Assembly: GCA_937889595.1 (NCBI GenBank)
Contig: CALAOR010000057.1
Span: 7,500-71,499, forward strand
Source: an uncultured bacterium
GTDB lineage: Bacteria > Oederibacteriota > PGYV01 > Palsa-1178
Direction: 5' to 3'
DNA: 64,000 nucleotides
Made by a program: the position numbers and the translations under genes. A model generated the notes under the pieces. The model had not been told where the DNA came from. It saw only the letters and a program-made list of their open reading frames with translations, and did not search any database. Shown here piece after piece: positions 7,969 to 17,736 of this stretch (positions are counted from its first letter, which is position 1; each line of letters begins with the position of its first letter).

Positions 7969-10089
7969 CTATATAACTTCCGTGAAGTTTACCTCTATAT
8001 CCGAACCTTCGTATATCTGCGTGGTGTACCCGGCTTTTTCTCCGTTTACTTTCAGCTCCAGCATCCTGCCCTTGGCGCGTTCCATGTTTACGGGGTAGAA
8101 CTTGAATATGGAGGAGAGTATCATTTTCTCTTCCGTCAGTTTCTGCTCCAGTACCGCGCCGTTTATTATGAACTCGTCTTCCGGGACCTTCCTGCCGTTC
8201 ATGTATATATCGCTTTTTTCCTGCTCGAGCTCAAATGGCTTGCCGTTAATCATGACTTTTATTTTTTTTGCGGCCGTGTTCTTCAGGAGGTCTTTTATCC
8301 TGTAAAAAGCCGGGGAATCCACATACACAACCTTGTCCATGTTCCGCAGCGTATAACCGGGGGACACTTCAGCGCCGTTGACTTTCAGCTGGAAATTCCG
8401 CTGTTTTAGTATCACGGGCTCCTTGTTTACCGTCACTATGATATCGCGTTCATTGGACGCGCCCATCTCAAATCCCGCGCGCGCAAGCGCTTCTTTTATA
8501 TTATCCACCCTTTTTACCTCGATCTCAGCCCTGTCGCGGAGCGCCTCTTCCATGCTTACTTCCCTGCCGCCGCATAATACTACGGGCGCTATGTCGTGTT
8601 TTCTTCCGTTTATTTCCACGGTTGTGACGTAGCTTTCATGCACTATGTCTTTTATCAGGGCGTACGCGTTGTCACCGTCCTTTACCGGGCTGATAACCAG
8701 CACATCCCCGTGTTTTATTTCCGAATCAAGGTCTTTTTCCGCGTTGTTGACATAGACTTTAGAGTGCTCGGCACGGCTGCCGCGCAGTATTTTCAGCTCT
8801 CCGTTAAAAGTAAAGGTAATGGCCTGGCCGGGCCTGCCGTAAAGTTTTTTCAGTTCCATGCCCCTTGACATAATGACATCCATCACGGTTATTTTTTGCT
8901 CGAGGTTTATTATGTATTCCTTTTCCCCGTTAACCGTCACTTCCACAAAACCTATGCCTTTTTTAAAAAGCGCCGTTTCCAGGATACCAAGCGGGGTTAT
9001 TCCCTCTGTGCCTTTAAGCGAATCAGGCAGGTTTTCTATGTTTGTTATGGATTCAGGCGTCCTGCTTCCGACCCTGTTGATGGGCAATCCCAGATTCTCC
9101 GCCACTTTTTCGCGAAGTGCAAGCAGGGAGCTTCCGCCGCCCACCATTACCACGGCCTGCGGCTGTTTTCCGTTTAAGTTCAGGATCTCATCCGCTATGT
9201 CCTTTGCAACTTCCTCAGCTTTTGGCTCTGCCGCGGCTTTGAATCCGTCATAAGTGACCGTCACTGGTTGGTTGAAAATGTCCCTTGCTTCAAACACGCG
9301 CTCCGCGCTTGTTTCCCTTTTTATCCTCTCAGCCGTATTAAAGTCAACAAGGTACTCATGGCATATGGCCTCTGTTATCTCGTCGCCGGCTTTTGGTATC
9401 ATTCCGTAAGCGGTTATCTTATTTTTTTCGGTGATGGCTATGTCCGAAGTTCCGGCCCCCACATCCACAAGTGCGAGGTTCAAAAGCCTCATATCGTCGG
9501 GTATGGTGACATAAAGGGCCGCAATCGGCTCGAGCGTTATATACTCAAGGGTTAAGGAACAGTTTTTTAATACCGCTATCATGGAGTCAAGCACTGGTTT
9601 TGGCAGGAATGTGACTAAAGTTGAAACACCGACCGTATGTTTGGCGATTTGCTGCACCGGGTTTTTAATGTGCTCGCCGTCAACGCTGAAAGCAACCGGG
9701 GAATATCCCACGCAGTAATAATCCTTTTTCTTGTCCAGGGCAAGCTGTGACAAGCCCCGCCTTACGCTTTCAAGTTCCAGGTACGCAAGGTCTTCTTTTG
9801 TTATCTCTCCTTTTTTCTCCATTTCAGCTTCTGTTTTTTCCGTGTGCAGGCTTCTGCCCGCGAGCGCGGTGGTAACTTTTTCTATTATAATATTGTTCTT
9901 TTCTTCAAGTTTTCTTTTTATTTTATTTACTATTGTGGTGACGTCTTCTATATTATGTATCTGCCCGTCAAGCATGGCACGCTTATCATGCTCTAATACC
10001 ACGGCATCTATGATGTGCACCTTGTCCCCGCGCATCTCGCCGAGTATCCCGGCGACCTTGCGTGTTCCGATGTCTAAAGCAAATATCAT
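7969..10089 (-). CDS. FtsA/PilM-like actin-fold ATPase with C-terminal beta-grasp (ThiS/MoaD-like) repeats
   Basis: ALDIGTRK, LVDVGAGTSD and VGGGS actin-fold motifs; the C-terminal ~330 aa repeat VNG..x..GD-type motifs. Confidence 0.85.
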   Translation of the reverse strand: MIFALDIGTRKVAGILGEMRGDKVHIIDAVVLEHDKRAMLDGQIHNIEDVTTIVNKIKRKLEEKNNIIIEKVTTALAGRSLHTEKTEAEMEKKGEITKEDLAYLELESVRRGLSQLALDKKKDYYCVGYSPVAFSVDGEHIKNPVQQIAKHTVGVSTLVTFLPKPVLDSMIAVLKNCSLTLEYITLEPIAALYVTIPDDMRLLNLALVDVGAGTSDIAITEKNKITAYGMIPKAGDEITEAICHEYLVDFNTAERIKRETSAERVFEARDIFNQPVTVTYDGFKAAAEPKAEEVAKDIADEILNLNGKQPQAVVMVGGGSSLLALREKVAENLGLPINRVGSRTPESITNIENLPDSLKGTEGITPLGILETALFKKGIGFVEVTVNGEKEYIINLEQKITVMDVIMSRGMELKKLYGRPGQAITFTFNGELKILRGSRAEHSKVYVNNAEKDLDSEIKHGDVLVISPVKDGDNAYALIKDIVHESYVTTVEINGRKHDIAPVVLCGGREVSMEEALRDRAEIEVKRVDNIKEALARAGFEMGASNERDIIVTVNKEPVILKQRNFQLKVNGAEVSPGYTLRNMDKVVYVDSPAFYRIKDLLKNTAAKKIKVMINGKPFELEQEKSDIYMNGRKVPEDEFIINGAVLEQKLTEEKMILSSIFKFYPVNMERAKGRMLELKVNGEKAGYTTQIYEGSDIEVNFTEVI

Positions 10090-10210
10090 ATTTTTTCCTC
10101 CGTAAAATCTATTTTAAGGCTTATCATGGAACTGAGGAAGCCCGTCGCCATAAAACTAAATCGGCTCCTCGCAATGACGACTAAACCCGGGTCTACAATT
10201 TAATGCGCCT

Positions 10211-10834
10211 TTAACTCACCCTTATCGCCGTCAGCAGCACTTTCACCGAAGGCTCGTCCGGTATCAGCAGCAGATACCCTTTTATGGCTTTTTCATTTGC
10301 CTCGGAAAATTGGGTTTCTATCGACAATATATGCGATGACATTCCGTCAAATCCGTCCGCTAATGACGAAAAAATGGCGCTTGCTATGTCAAACACCAGG
10401 TTCGGAACGGACGGCAGCAGCATGAGCCCCAAAAACTCGTTCAGCGAATTCATGTATGCGCCTGCCAGTATGTTTCCTGTTTCTTTTATCGCCGAGTTGC
10501 CGACTTCGGACAGCACTTTTGTCGACCCGGCGGGTTTTTGCAGCAGCAAATCAACCAGATTTAAGGCTGACTCCCTTGTCAAAAGCAGGAGTATTTTTGA
10601 AGTTATATCGCCCAGGACATTCATGATAACCCCTGCTACCAGCGTATTTGGGTCCCCCAAAAGCGAATCAATCTCCTGTGTCTTGATCACTTTTACTTCA
10701 GGCACGGATATCATAATTTTTTTCTTAATAAGCTGTGACAGGGCCGTGGCAGCGTGCCCGGCGCCTATGTTCCCGACTTCCTTTAAAGCATCTATCTGGG
10801 CGTCTGATAATGTCTGTAAACTGTTGTCCGACAC
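10211..10834 (-). CDS. cheC: CheY-P phosphatase CheC (copy 2)
   Basis: DALKEVGNIGAGHAATALS and SAIKETGNILAGAY catalytic ExxN motifs. Confidence 0.93.
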   Translation of the reverse strand: MSDNSLQTLSDAQIDALKEVGNIGAGHAATALSQLIKKKIMISVPEVKVIKTQEIDSLLGDPNTLVAGVIMNVLGDITSKILLLLTRESALNLVDLLLQKPAGSTKVLSEVGNSAIKETGNILAGAYMNSLNEFLGLMLLPSVPNLVFDIASAIFSSLADGFDGMSSHILSIETQFSEANEKAIKGYLLLIPDEPSVKVLLTAIRVS

Positions 10835-10857
10835 GGGGTCTCCTGTTGATTTTGATT

Positions 10858-10937
10858 TGTTCTCTGTTCTCTGTTCTACGTTCTATGTTATAAGCACTTT
10901 GTCCTTACACAGAACAAAGAACATAGAACATAGAACA
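10858..10937. repeat. Inverted array of 7-bp repeats (TGTTCTM x4 / HAGAACA x4)
   Basis: Directly visible between cheA and cheC; the two arms can form a long hairpin. Confidence 0.8.
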
Positions 10938-10940
10938 CTC

Positions 10941-12974
10941 TTAAACCATTTTGAGGTTGCTCTCAATAAGCGCCTGTATGTCCACGATCAGGCTGATCGA
11001 ACCGTCACCGAGTATGGTAACTCCCGAAAAACCTTTGGCAAACTTTAAAAATTCCCCCAGGCTTTTTATGGCTATTTCCTGCTGTCCCAATACTGAATCA
11101 ACAGTCAAGGCTATTTTTTTATCCCTTGCTTCTATTATCACCATATTTACTATTTCACTTTCCTTCTGCCTTCCTTTTCCTATCAGTTCGGAAAGCGAAA
11201 GCACGGGCACAACTTCGCCGCGCAGTATTATGACCCGCCTTGCCTGTATGTCCTTTATGTCTTTTGAAGGGAATTCAACGGTTTCTATGGTATGTATGAC
11301 CGGTATCGCATATGTGGCGCCGGCGGCCTTGACTAACAGGGCCTGTATTATGGCAAGCGTAAGGGGGAGCTTGAGTATTGATTTCATGCCCTCTCCCTGA
11401 TAATTTTCCATCCTGAATATCCCGCCGAATGCCTCTACTTTTGTCTTCACAACGTCGACTCCGACCCCCCTGCCCGACACATTATCCACTTTCTCGGCCG
11501 TTGAAAATCCGGGGATTGAAATTAAATTTACAAGTTCATCATCGGTTAAGGTGTCCAGTTTGTCAAGCGGCATGAGTTTTTTTTCAATTGCCTTTTTCCT
11601 GACTTTCTCCAGATTGATGCCGCGCCCGTCATCGGAAACTTCAATGATTACGGAGTTGCGGTCGCGCCGGGCGGAGAGCCTTATCACTCCTTTTTTTGTT
11701 TTGCCCGCGTTCTCACGCTGTTCGGGTGTTTCCAGGCCGTGTGCTATGCAGTTGCGGACCAGGTGGAGAATGGGTTCGTTTATTTCCTCTAATACCGTCC
11801 TGTCTATCTCTATGTCGCCTCCTGTTATCTCCACTTCAACCAGTTTTCCGGCCTGGCTGCTCAAATCGCGCACTATGCGCGGATAACGGTCAAATATATG
11901 GGAAACGGGGAGCATCCTGACGTCGGTTACCTCTATCTGCAGTTCGTCTATGATCCTGTCAAACTCATCCACGGTCGACGCTAAATCCCTGTAAGTCTTG
12001 TTCCTTGCTATCTGGTCAAGCCTTATCTTGGCTATAACAAGCTCGCCCACCAGGTTCATCATGGAATCAAGCTTTTCTATATTCACACGGACGCTTTGCG
12101 AGATTGCAGATGGTTTTTTTTCATTCTCAGCCGCAATTATTTCCTTATCACCGTTTTCAGCGTGCTTAAGATTTTCCTTTATTTCCTTTTTTTGAGCGCG
12201 TACTTCTTCTATGTCCGCCTTTTCAATTTCAGCTATCCTGGATATTGACTGTTCTATTTCCTGCGCAGGCGCTTTTGATACAAAACCCAGCTCAAAAGAA
12301 TTGTCAAAATTTCCTTCCTCTATGTCTTTTGCCTTAGGTGAAGATTTTACTATCTCTCCTTTTTCAGACAAATTGCGCGAGACCATGAAAGCCCTGACGC
12401 TTTTAAAAGCGCATGTCCTGGCTATGGTGACTTTTATCCTGTAGACTTTCATCCCTTGCGCGGCCGCTTCATTTAATATGAGGTCCTCTATGATAATGCC
12501 TGTTTCCGTTTTTAACGGGTCCGTTTCTCCGCTTAAAGACGCGGCAGGTACGGCCTGACGCGGTTGGGCGGCGGTTTTTATTTCCCGGGCAGGCGCCGAG
12601 CTTTTTGCCTTAATCTGGATTATTATATCCTTATAGCCTTTCGCAAAATCAACGTTTTGGTTCCTTATATTGTCGATAAACTCCTGCATTACATCTATGG
12701 ACCTAAAAAGCAGGTTTACTATGTCAATATCGGGCGCGAGCGTTCCGCCCCTGATCCTGTCCATAACGTCTTCGAGCATGTGGGTAAACTCAGCCAACTT
12801 ATCGTAGCCCATGGTTGCCGACATGCCTTTTAAGGTATGGGCCGCCCTGAAAAGTTCGTTTAAGGGCGTTAAGTCCTCAATGTTCTTTTCAAAATTAAGG
12901 AGAGCCTTGTTTAAGTTGTTTATGTTTTCCACAGCTTCCTCTAAAAACGCCTCTTTGTAGCTCTCAGTGTTCAT
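10941..12974 (-). CDS. cheA: Chemotaxis histidine kinase CheA
   Basis: Hpt LFRAAHTLKGMS, P2 domain, HLVRN, DDGRGI, GFST, SGRGVGVDVVK and a C-terminal CheW domain. Confidence 0.97.
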   Translation of the reverse strand: MNTESYKEAFLEEAVENINNLNKALLNFEKNIEDLTPLNELFRAAHTLKGMSATMGYDKLAEFTHMLEDVMDRIRGGTLAPDIDIVNLLFRSIDVMQEFIDNIRNQNVDFAKGYKDIIIQIKAKSSAPAREIKTAAQPRQAVPAASLSGETDPLKTETGIIIEDLILNEAAAQGMKVYRIKVTIARTCAFKSVRAFMVSRNLSEKGEIVKSSPKAKDIEEGNFDNSFELGFVSKAPAQEIEQSISRIAEIEKADIEEVRAQKKEIKENLKHAENGDKEIIAAENEKKPSAISQSVRVNIEKLDSMMNLVGELVIAKIRLDQIARNKTYRDLASTVDEFDRIIDELQIEVTDVRMLPVSHIFDRYPRIVRDLSSQAGKLVEVEITGGDIEIDRTVLEEINEPILHLVRNCIAHGLETPEQRENAGKTKKGVIRLSARRDRNSVIIEVSDDGRGINLEKVRKKAIEKKLMPLDKLDTLTDDELVNLISIPGFSTAEKVDNVSGRGVGVDVVKTKVEAFGGIFRMENYQGEGMKSILKLPLTLAIIQALLVKAAGATYAIPVIHTIETVEFPSKDIKDIQARRVIILRGEVVPVLSLSELIGKGRQKESEIVNMVIIEARDKKIALTVDSVLGQQEIAIKSLGEFLKFAKGFSGVTILGDGSISLIVDIQALIESNLKMV

Positions 12975-14035
12975 TTTGCTTCCCTTGTCATTATATTTAT
13001 TTCTTCGGTTATAAAATCCGCTATCTCATTTATGGGAAGGACCTTATCCGCGTAACCCTTATCAACTACGGATTTCGGCATTCCGTAAATCACGGAAGTG
13101 TCCTTGTCCTGGACTATTATCCTTGCTTTTTTTTCCTTTATTTTTTCCACCCCTGCTGTCCCGTCCCTGCCCATACCGGTCAGGATAACTCCTATAAGAC
13201 TTCCTTCAAAAACTTTTGCGGCGGAAAATAATGTCATGTCAGCGCATGGCCTGACCCCGAGCCTGGTCGGTTCCTGGTTCAATTCCACCCTGTATTCCGC
13301 GCCGGATTTTAATATTTCCATATGGTAATTGCCGGGTGCCACATAAGCCGTACCGGCTTTGATTATCTCGCCGTGCACAGCCTCCTTGACATGTATGAGA
13401 GATAATGAGTTAAGCCTGTCGGCAAGCGATTTAGTGAACCCTTCCGACATGTGCTGTATAATAAGGTATGAAGCCGGCAGATTGCGGGGTATTTTCGGCA
13501 CTACTTCGGTTAAGGCCCGTGGCCCTCCCGTTGATGTTGCTATTATTACCATAATCTCATTTTTTTGCTGTATTTCTTTTTCAGGATGTTTTACTTCCAC
13601 GTCTTCGGGCAGTGTAAAGGTTACCTTGTTCAAATCTATACTTTTTGCGGCCTTTATTTTTTCAACAAGCTCCTTCTGTATCTTTTTTATGTCCAGCGAT
13701 ATTTCGCCTGAAGGCTTGCATACAAAATCCACCGCCCCATACTGAAGTGCCTTAATTGTGATATCCGCGCCTTTGGGCGTGTAGGCTGACAACATGATCA
13801 CCGGGGTCGGTTTTTCGCTCATTATGTAGCCTAAGGTATGCAGCCCGTCCATTTCCGGCATTTCAACGTCAAGAGTGATTACATCCGGGGACAATTCCAT
13901 AGTTTTCTTAAATGCGTCCCTGCCGTCTTTGGCGGTCGCTATAACCTCTATATCCGGATCCTCGTTTAACATGTCCGGAATTATCTTGCGCATGAAAGCT
14001 GAGTCATCGACGACCAAGACCCGTATTTTAGCCAT
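12971..14035 (-). CDS. cheB: Chemotaxis methylesterase CheB
   Basis: REC domain plus STGGP, IQHM and LTGMGRDG motifs. Confidence 0.97.
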   Translation of the reverse strand: MAKIRVLVVDDSAFMRKIIPDMLNEDPDIEVIATAKDGRDAFKKTMELSPDVITLDVEMPEMDGLHTLGYIMSEKPTPVIMLSAYTPKGADITIKALQYGAVDFVCKPSGEISLDIKKIQKELVEKIKAAKSIDLNKVTFTLPEDVEVKHPEKEIQQKNEIMVIIATSTGGPRALTEVVPKIPRNLPASYLIIQHMSEGFTKSLADRLNSLSLIHVKEAVHGEIIKAGTAYVAPGNYHMEILKSGAEYRVELNQEPTRLGVRPCADMTLFSAAKVFEGSLIGVILTGMGRDGTAGVEKIKEKKARIIVQDKDTSVIYGMPKSVVDKGYADKVLPINEIADFITEEINIMTREAK

Positions 14036-14038
14036 ATA

Positions 14039-14401
14039 TTACTCCTGGAGCGTTCTGTCTACAGCTTCCAACACTCTTGTAGGTTGGAAAGGCTTTATGA
14101 CAAAATCCTTTGCTCCTGCCTGTATTGCTTCTATCACGAGCGCCTGCTGCCCCATGGCGCTGCACATCAGTATCTTAGCATTTGGGTCAAACTTCATTAT
14201 TTCCTTTACTGCCTGTATTCCGTCTATTTCCGGCATTATTATATCCATGGTCACAATATCCGGCCTTAACTCCTTGTATTTTTCTATGGCATCCCTGCCG
14301 TTTACGGCCTCGCCCGCTATCTCAAGGTCCTTTTTCTTTAATATGCCGGCCAGGATGTTCCTCATGAATTTTGTATCATCAACTATTAGGACTTTCTTCA
14401 A
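14039..14401 (-). CDS. cheY: Response regulator CheY (copy 2)
   Basis: TTG start at 14401 behind GGAGG; VDD..MDIIMP..CSAMGQ..KPF (Bacillus/Thermotoga type). Confidence 0.93.
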   Translation of the reverse strand: MKKVLIVDDTKFMRNILAGILKKKDLEIAGEAVNGRDAIEKYKELRPDIVTMDIIMPEIDGIQAVKEIMKFDPNAKILMCSAMGQQALVIEAIQAGAKDFVIKPFQPTRVLEAVDRTLQE

Positions 14402-14870
14402 ATTTTCCTCCTTCAGATAGCGCAATAATTTTAAGTTTGTCCTGTTCGTCCTCGGTAAATATTTTTTCTATGTCAAGCAGGACTATTATTTTATCTTCTA
14501 TTTTTACTATCGACTGTATATACCGCCCACCCGCGCCGGTTACAGTTGCCGGAGCCGCAAGCATATCGCTTTCTTTTGCGTTTATGACTTTCGTTACCTC
14601 GTCAACCACCACTCCCACAAGCTGGTGCTTGGCATATTCCACTATGACGATACGGAACATTATGGTCGCTTCCTTGCTTTCCATGCCAAAACGCCTGCGG
14701 AGGTCTATAATCGGGATTATTTTACCCCTCAAATTAATGACCCCTTCTATAAAATCCGGGGCCGTAGGAACCTCGGTTATCTCCTTAAGGCGTATTATTT
14801 CAACGACTTTCATGATCTCAAAAGCGTAGTCGTCCTCCCTTATTTTGAATCCTACTATTTTGCGTTCCAT
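14379..14870 (-). CDS. cheW: CheW adaptor
   Basis: VPTAPDFIEGVINLRGKIIPIIDL, GVVVDEV. Confidence 0.95.
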   Translation of the reverse strand: MERKIVGFKIREDDYAFEIMKVVEIIRLKEITEVPTAPDFIEGVINLRGKIIPIIDLRRRFGMESKEATIMFRIVIVEYAKHQLVGVVVDEVTKVINAKESDMLAAPATVTGAGGRYIQSIVKIEDKIIVLLDIEKIFTEDEQDKLKIIALSEGGKFEESPNS

Positions 14871-14873
14871 GGC

Positions 14874-16148
14874 TTAGGCCTTCTTTTCCAAATGGAATTT
14901 TGTCATGAGTCCCCTTAACACTTCGGCTGTCTGGGCCAATTCCTGCGCCTGCGCCGCTATTTCTTCCATGGAAGCTGTCTGCTCCTGGGTTGAAGCCGAG
15001 GCCTCCTGTGTTCCCGCAGCAGTTTCCTCGGCAACGGCCGCGATTTCCTCAACCGCTTTTACGACCTTGTCGGTATCCTGGGCCTGTGCCTTTGTAAGCA
15101 ATGTTATTTCGCCGGAAAGTTTTAGGACTTTTGCCACCACTTCATCTATCCTTTTCAGCACTTCGCCGCTTTCCGTCACCACTTTTTTTCCTTCTTCCGT
15201 TTCCTTTACGCCGATCATGATGGCCTTTACCACGCCGTCTGTTTTATCATGTATATCCTCAACAAGCCGTGTTATTTCCCTGGCGGAACTGGCCGAGCCT
15301 TCGGCAAGTTTCCTTACCTCGTCCGCGACAACCGCGAAACCGCGTCCTGCCTCGCCTGCGCGCGCCGCTTCTATAGCCGCATTTAAGGCCAGCAGGTTTG
15401 TCTCGTCGGCTATCTCGGTTATTGTGTTAACGACTTCCTCTATTTTTTCCGAATAAATTTTAAGCTCCTCCACGGAATCTTTTGCCTTGTTCGTCACATT
15501 GACTATGTCTTCCATCTTTATTATGGTTTCCCTTACCGCGTTCATGCCGTTTTCCGTTGCTTCTTTTGCGGATTTTGCCACACCAAGGACTTCCTCTGAT
15601 TTTTGGGCGACTTCCTGTATGGAATTTGACATGTTTTCCATGATACGGGATGTCTCCACGGTGCGCTCCGCCTGCTGCTCCACCCCGCGGGCTATCTGCT
15701 GCACTGTCGACGATATCTCCTCAGCCGAGGAGTTTATCTGCTGGGTGGAAGCGGATAAATTTTCAGCCAGGTTCATAATATTATCCGAAGAATCCCTGAA
15801 TTTTGAGAGCATGTTCTTAAGGCCGTCTATCATATTGTTCACGCTCTTGGTTATGTTCTTTAAAAACCCGGATTGTATTTTTGAGCCGTCGTTTATTTCT
15901 CCTAAAGCAAGCAAATCAAACTTAACGGCAAGCTTGTCAAACTTGTCCGCGCCTATTTTCAGGGCTGCGGCTGAATTCACGGCCATGAGCACGATGCATA
16001 AGCCCAGTATAAGCAGGAAGAAATTCAGGCTTTTTATCTCAATTCCGCCAAAAAAACATATAAGGAAAAATATAAGTCCCGCGCATAACGACACGCCGGC
16101 GTCGATCAATATGATCTTTGCCGTCAAGTCAAGATCTTTTTTTTCCAT
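14874..16148 (-). CDS. Methyl-accepting chemotaxis protein, 2 TM with no periplasmic sensor domain
   Basis: [38 protein letters not shown]; two TM helices separated by only ~7-10 residues. Confidence 0.95.
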   Translation of the reverse strand: MEKKDLDLTAKIILIDAGVSLCAGLIFFLICFFGGIEIKSLNFFLLILGLCIVLMAVNSAAALKIGADKFDKLAVKFDLLALGEINDGSKIQSGFLKNITKSVNNMIDGLKNMLSKFRDSSDNIMNLAENLSASTQQINSSAEEISSTVQQIARGVEQQAERTVETSRIMENMSNSIQEVAQKSEEVLGVAKSAKEATENGMNAVRETIIKMEDIVNVTNKAKDSVEELKIYSEKIEEVVNTITEIADETNLLALNAAIEAARAGEAGRGFAVVADEVRKLAEGSASSAREITRLVEDIHDKTDGVVKAIMIGVKETEEGKKVVTESGEVLKRIDEVVAKVLKLSGEITLLTKAQAQDTDKVVKAVEEIAAVAEETAAGTQEASASTQEQTASMEEIAAQAQELAQTAEVLRGLMTKFHLEKKA

Positions 16149-16163
16149 AACTTTAACCGCCCG

Positions 16164-16646
16164 TCATATGGTTTTTGTCCCGGCTGAATAACTTTTCACA
16201 ATAGCCGTCTTTGTCATGACCGAAAACTCTATGGTCCTGCCGTAATTACCGCCCGTGTCTTCGCCAATTAACGCGATGCCCTTGGAAGCCAGGCATTCTT
16301 TGGCTTTTTTAATATTTCTCTCCCCTATCGTCTCCATTTCATTTTTAACATCGAACATTTTCGCGCCGCCGAACATTTTGGCCTGCATGTCCTTTAAGTT
16401 GACGCCTTCTTTTATCATAGCCTTGACCATGTTTTCTATCCCCGCGTCCAGATACTTATTTTCAATGCCTTCTTTCCTGTTGTGCGGCCTCTCCGGCAGT
16501 ATACCGTGAAGCATCGCCGCGACCGGACGCAGCCTGTCATAACAGACAACGATAATACATGACCCTACCCCGAAAGCAGCCAGCAGATCCAAATTTTTCC
16601 CGGTTTTCAATTCGCCCATATTGACCTTTATCGAATCGGACGCCAT
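16164..16646 (-). CDS. cheD: Chemoreceptor glutamine deamidase CheD
   Basis: GVGSC, AMLHGILP, AKMFGGAKMF, IGERN, EDTGGNYGRTI. Confidence 0.93.
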   Translation of the reverse strand: MASDSIKVNMGELKTGKNLDLLAAFGVGSCIIVVCYDRLRPVAAMLHGILPERPHNRKEGIENKYLDAGIENMVKAMIKEGVNLKDMQAKMFGGAKMFDVKNEMETIGERNIKKAKECLASKGIALIGEDTGGNYGRTIEFSVMTKTAIVKSYSAGTKTI

Positions 16647-16650
16647 TAAT

Positions 16651-17274
16651 TTAAGAGCCTTTTACGGTATTATTCAGTGCTTCCAGTATTTTTGCCATAG
16701 CATTTTTATCAGGTATAAGAAACAGCTTGCTTTTCAAATTTGTTATTTCCTCGGTCATTTCATTTTCAATCAGCATAGCCTCAGGCCCCATTTCAGCCAG
16801 TTCGGCCGAGATTGTTTCAAATATGGCGTCGACCATGTCCACTGCCAGAGCCGGGACGGAAGGCACCGAATTCAGGCCGATAAATTTTGCTATCGCATTA
16901 AGGTAGGCGGATACGATTATGTTCCCTATTTCTTTCAGGGCCGACTGCTCTGTCTCCCCGAATTCCTTTGTCTGCCCGAGCTTTCTCCTCATGAGCAGGT
17001 CCAAAAGCAGGAAAACTTTGTCCTGCGGGAATATTAAAAGCGCCCGCGCCTGTATTTCCCCGAATATGCGCATATAAACAGCAGCCACTATTTTTGCCTC
17101 ACGTGAGACCATTTCAGCCATTTTTTCGACCGGAACCATTACAATTGACGGCACATCTATGCTTATATCCCTGCCGAGCAGCTGGGACAGGGCCGTGGCC
17201 GCGCTTCCCGCGCCTATGTTCCCGAGTTCCTTTAAAGCATCCCGCTGAAAGTCACTGAGCTTATTATCGGCCAT
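16651..17274 (-). CDS. cheC: CheY-P phosphatase CheC (copy 1)
   Basis: DALKELGNIGAGSAATALS and SALKEIGNI motifs; adjacent to cheD. Confidence 0.93.
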   Translation of the reverse strand: MADNKLSDFQRDALKELGNIGAGSAATALSQLLGRDISIDVPSIVMVPVEKMAEMVSREAKIVAAVYMRIFGEIQARALLIFPQDKVFLLLDLLMRRKLGQTKEFGETEQSALKEIGNIIVSAYLNAIAKFIGLNSVPSVPALAVDMVDAIFETISAELAEMGPEAMLIENEMTEEITNLKSKLFLIPDKNAMAKILEALNNTVKGS

Positions 17275-17276
17275 AG

Positions 17277-17642
17277 TCAGTTTCCTATAATTTTGCTTAC
17301 AGTTTCAAGCACGTTGGATTGTTCAAACGGCTTTACTATATAATCTTTCGCGCCTGCCTGTATGGCTTCTATAACCAGCGCCTGCTGCCCTATGGCGCTG
17401 CATATAAGTATGTTTGCGTTCGGAAATTCAGCGATTATGTTTTTAAGCACATCGATACCGCCCATTTCAGGCATGACCATGTCGGATATCAGCATATCCG
17501 GCTTCAACTCCTTGTACTTTTGTATGGCCTCGCGCCCGTTTGCGGCCTCTCCAACAACTTCATATCCGCCGCCCACAAGTATGTTCCTTAGCATCATGCG
17601 CATAAAAGACGCGTCGTCAGCTATTAATATTCTTTTTGCCAT
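17277..17642 (-). CDS. cheY: Response regulator CheY (copy 1)
   Basis: ADDASFMR..SDMVMP..CSAIGQ..KPF. Confidence 0.93.
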   Translation of the reverse strand: MAKRILIADDASFMRMMLRNILVGGGYEVVGEAANGREAIQKYKELKPDMLISDMVMPEMGGIDVLKNIIAEFPNANILICSAIGQQALVIEAIQAGAKDYIVKPFEQSNVLETVSKIIGN

Positions 17643-17736
17643 ATATTTTCTCCTTTTATTTTTTTCAGGCCCCTTGGGGCATTATTTTTGCGTTTAACAT
17701 ATTTTTCATTTTTTAATTTAAAATTTCAATTTTTAT

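Noticed and set aside
7969-10089. Calling this gene canonical ftsA
   Set aside because: About 300 aa too long and not in a dcw/ftsZ context.
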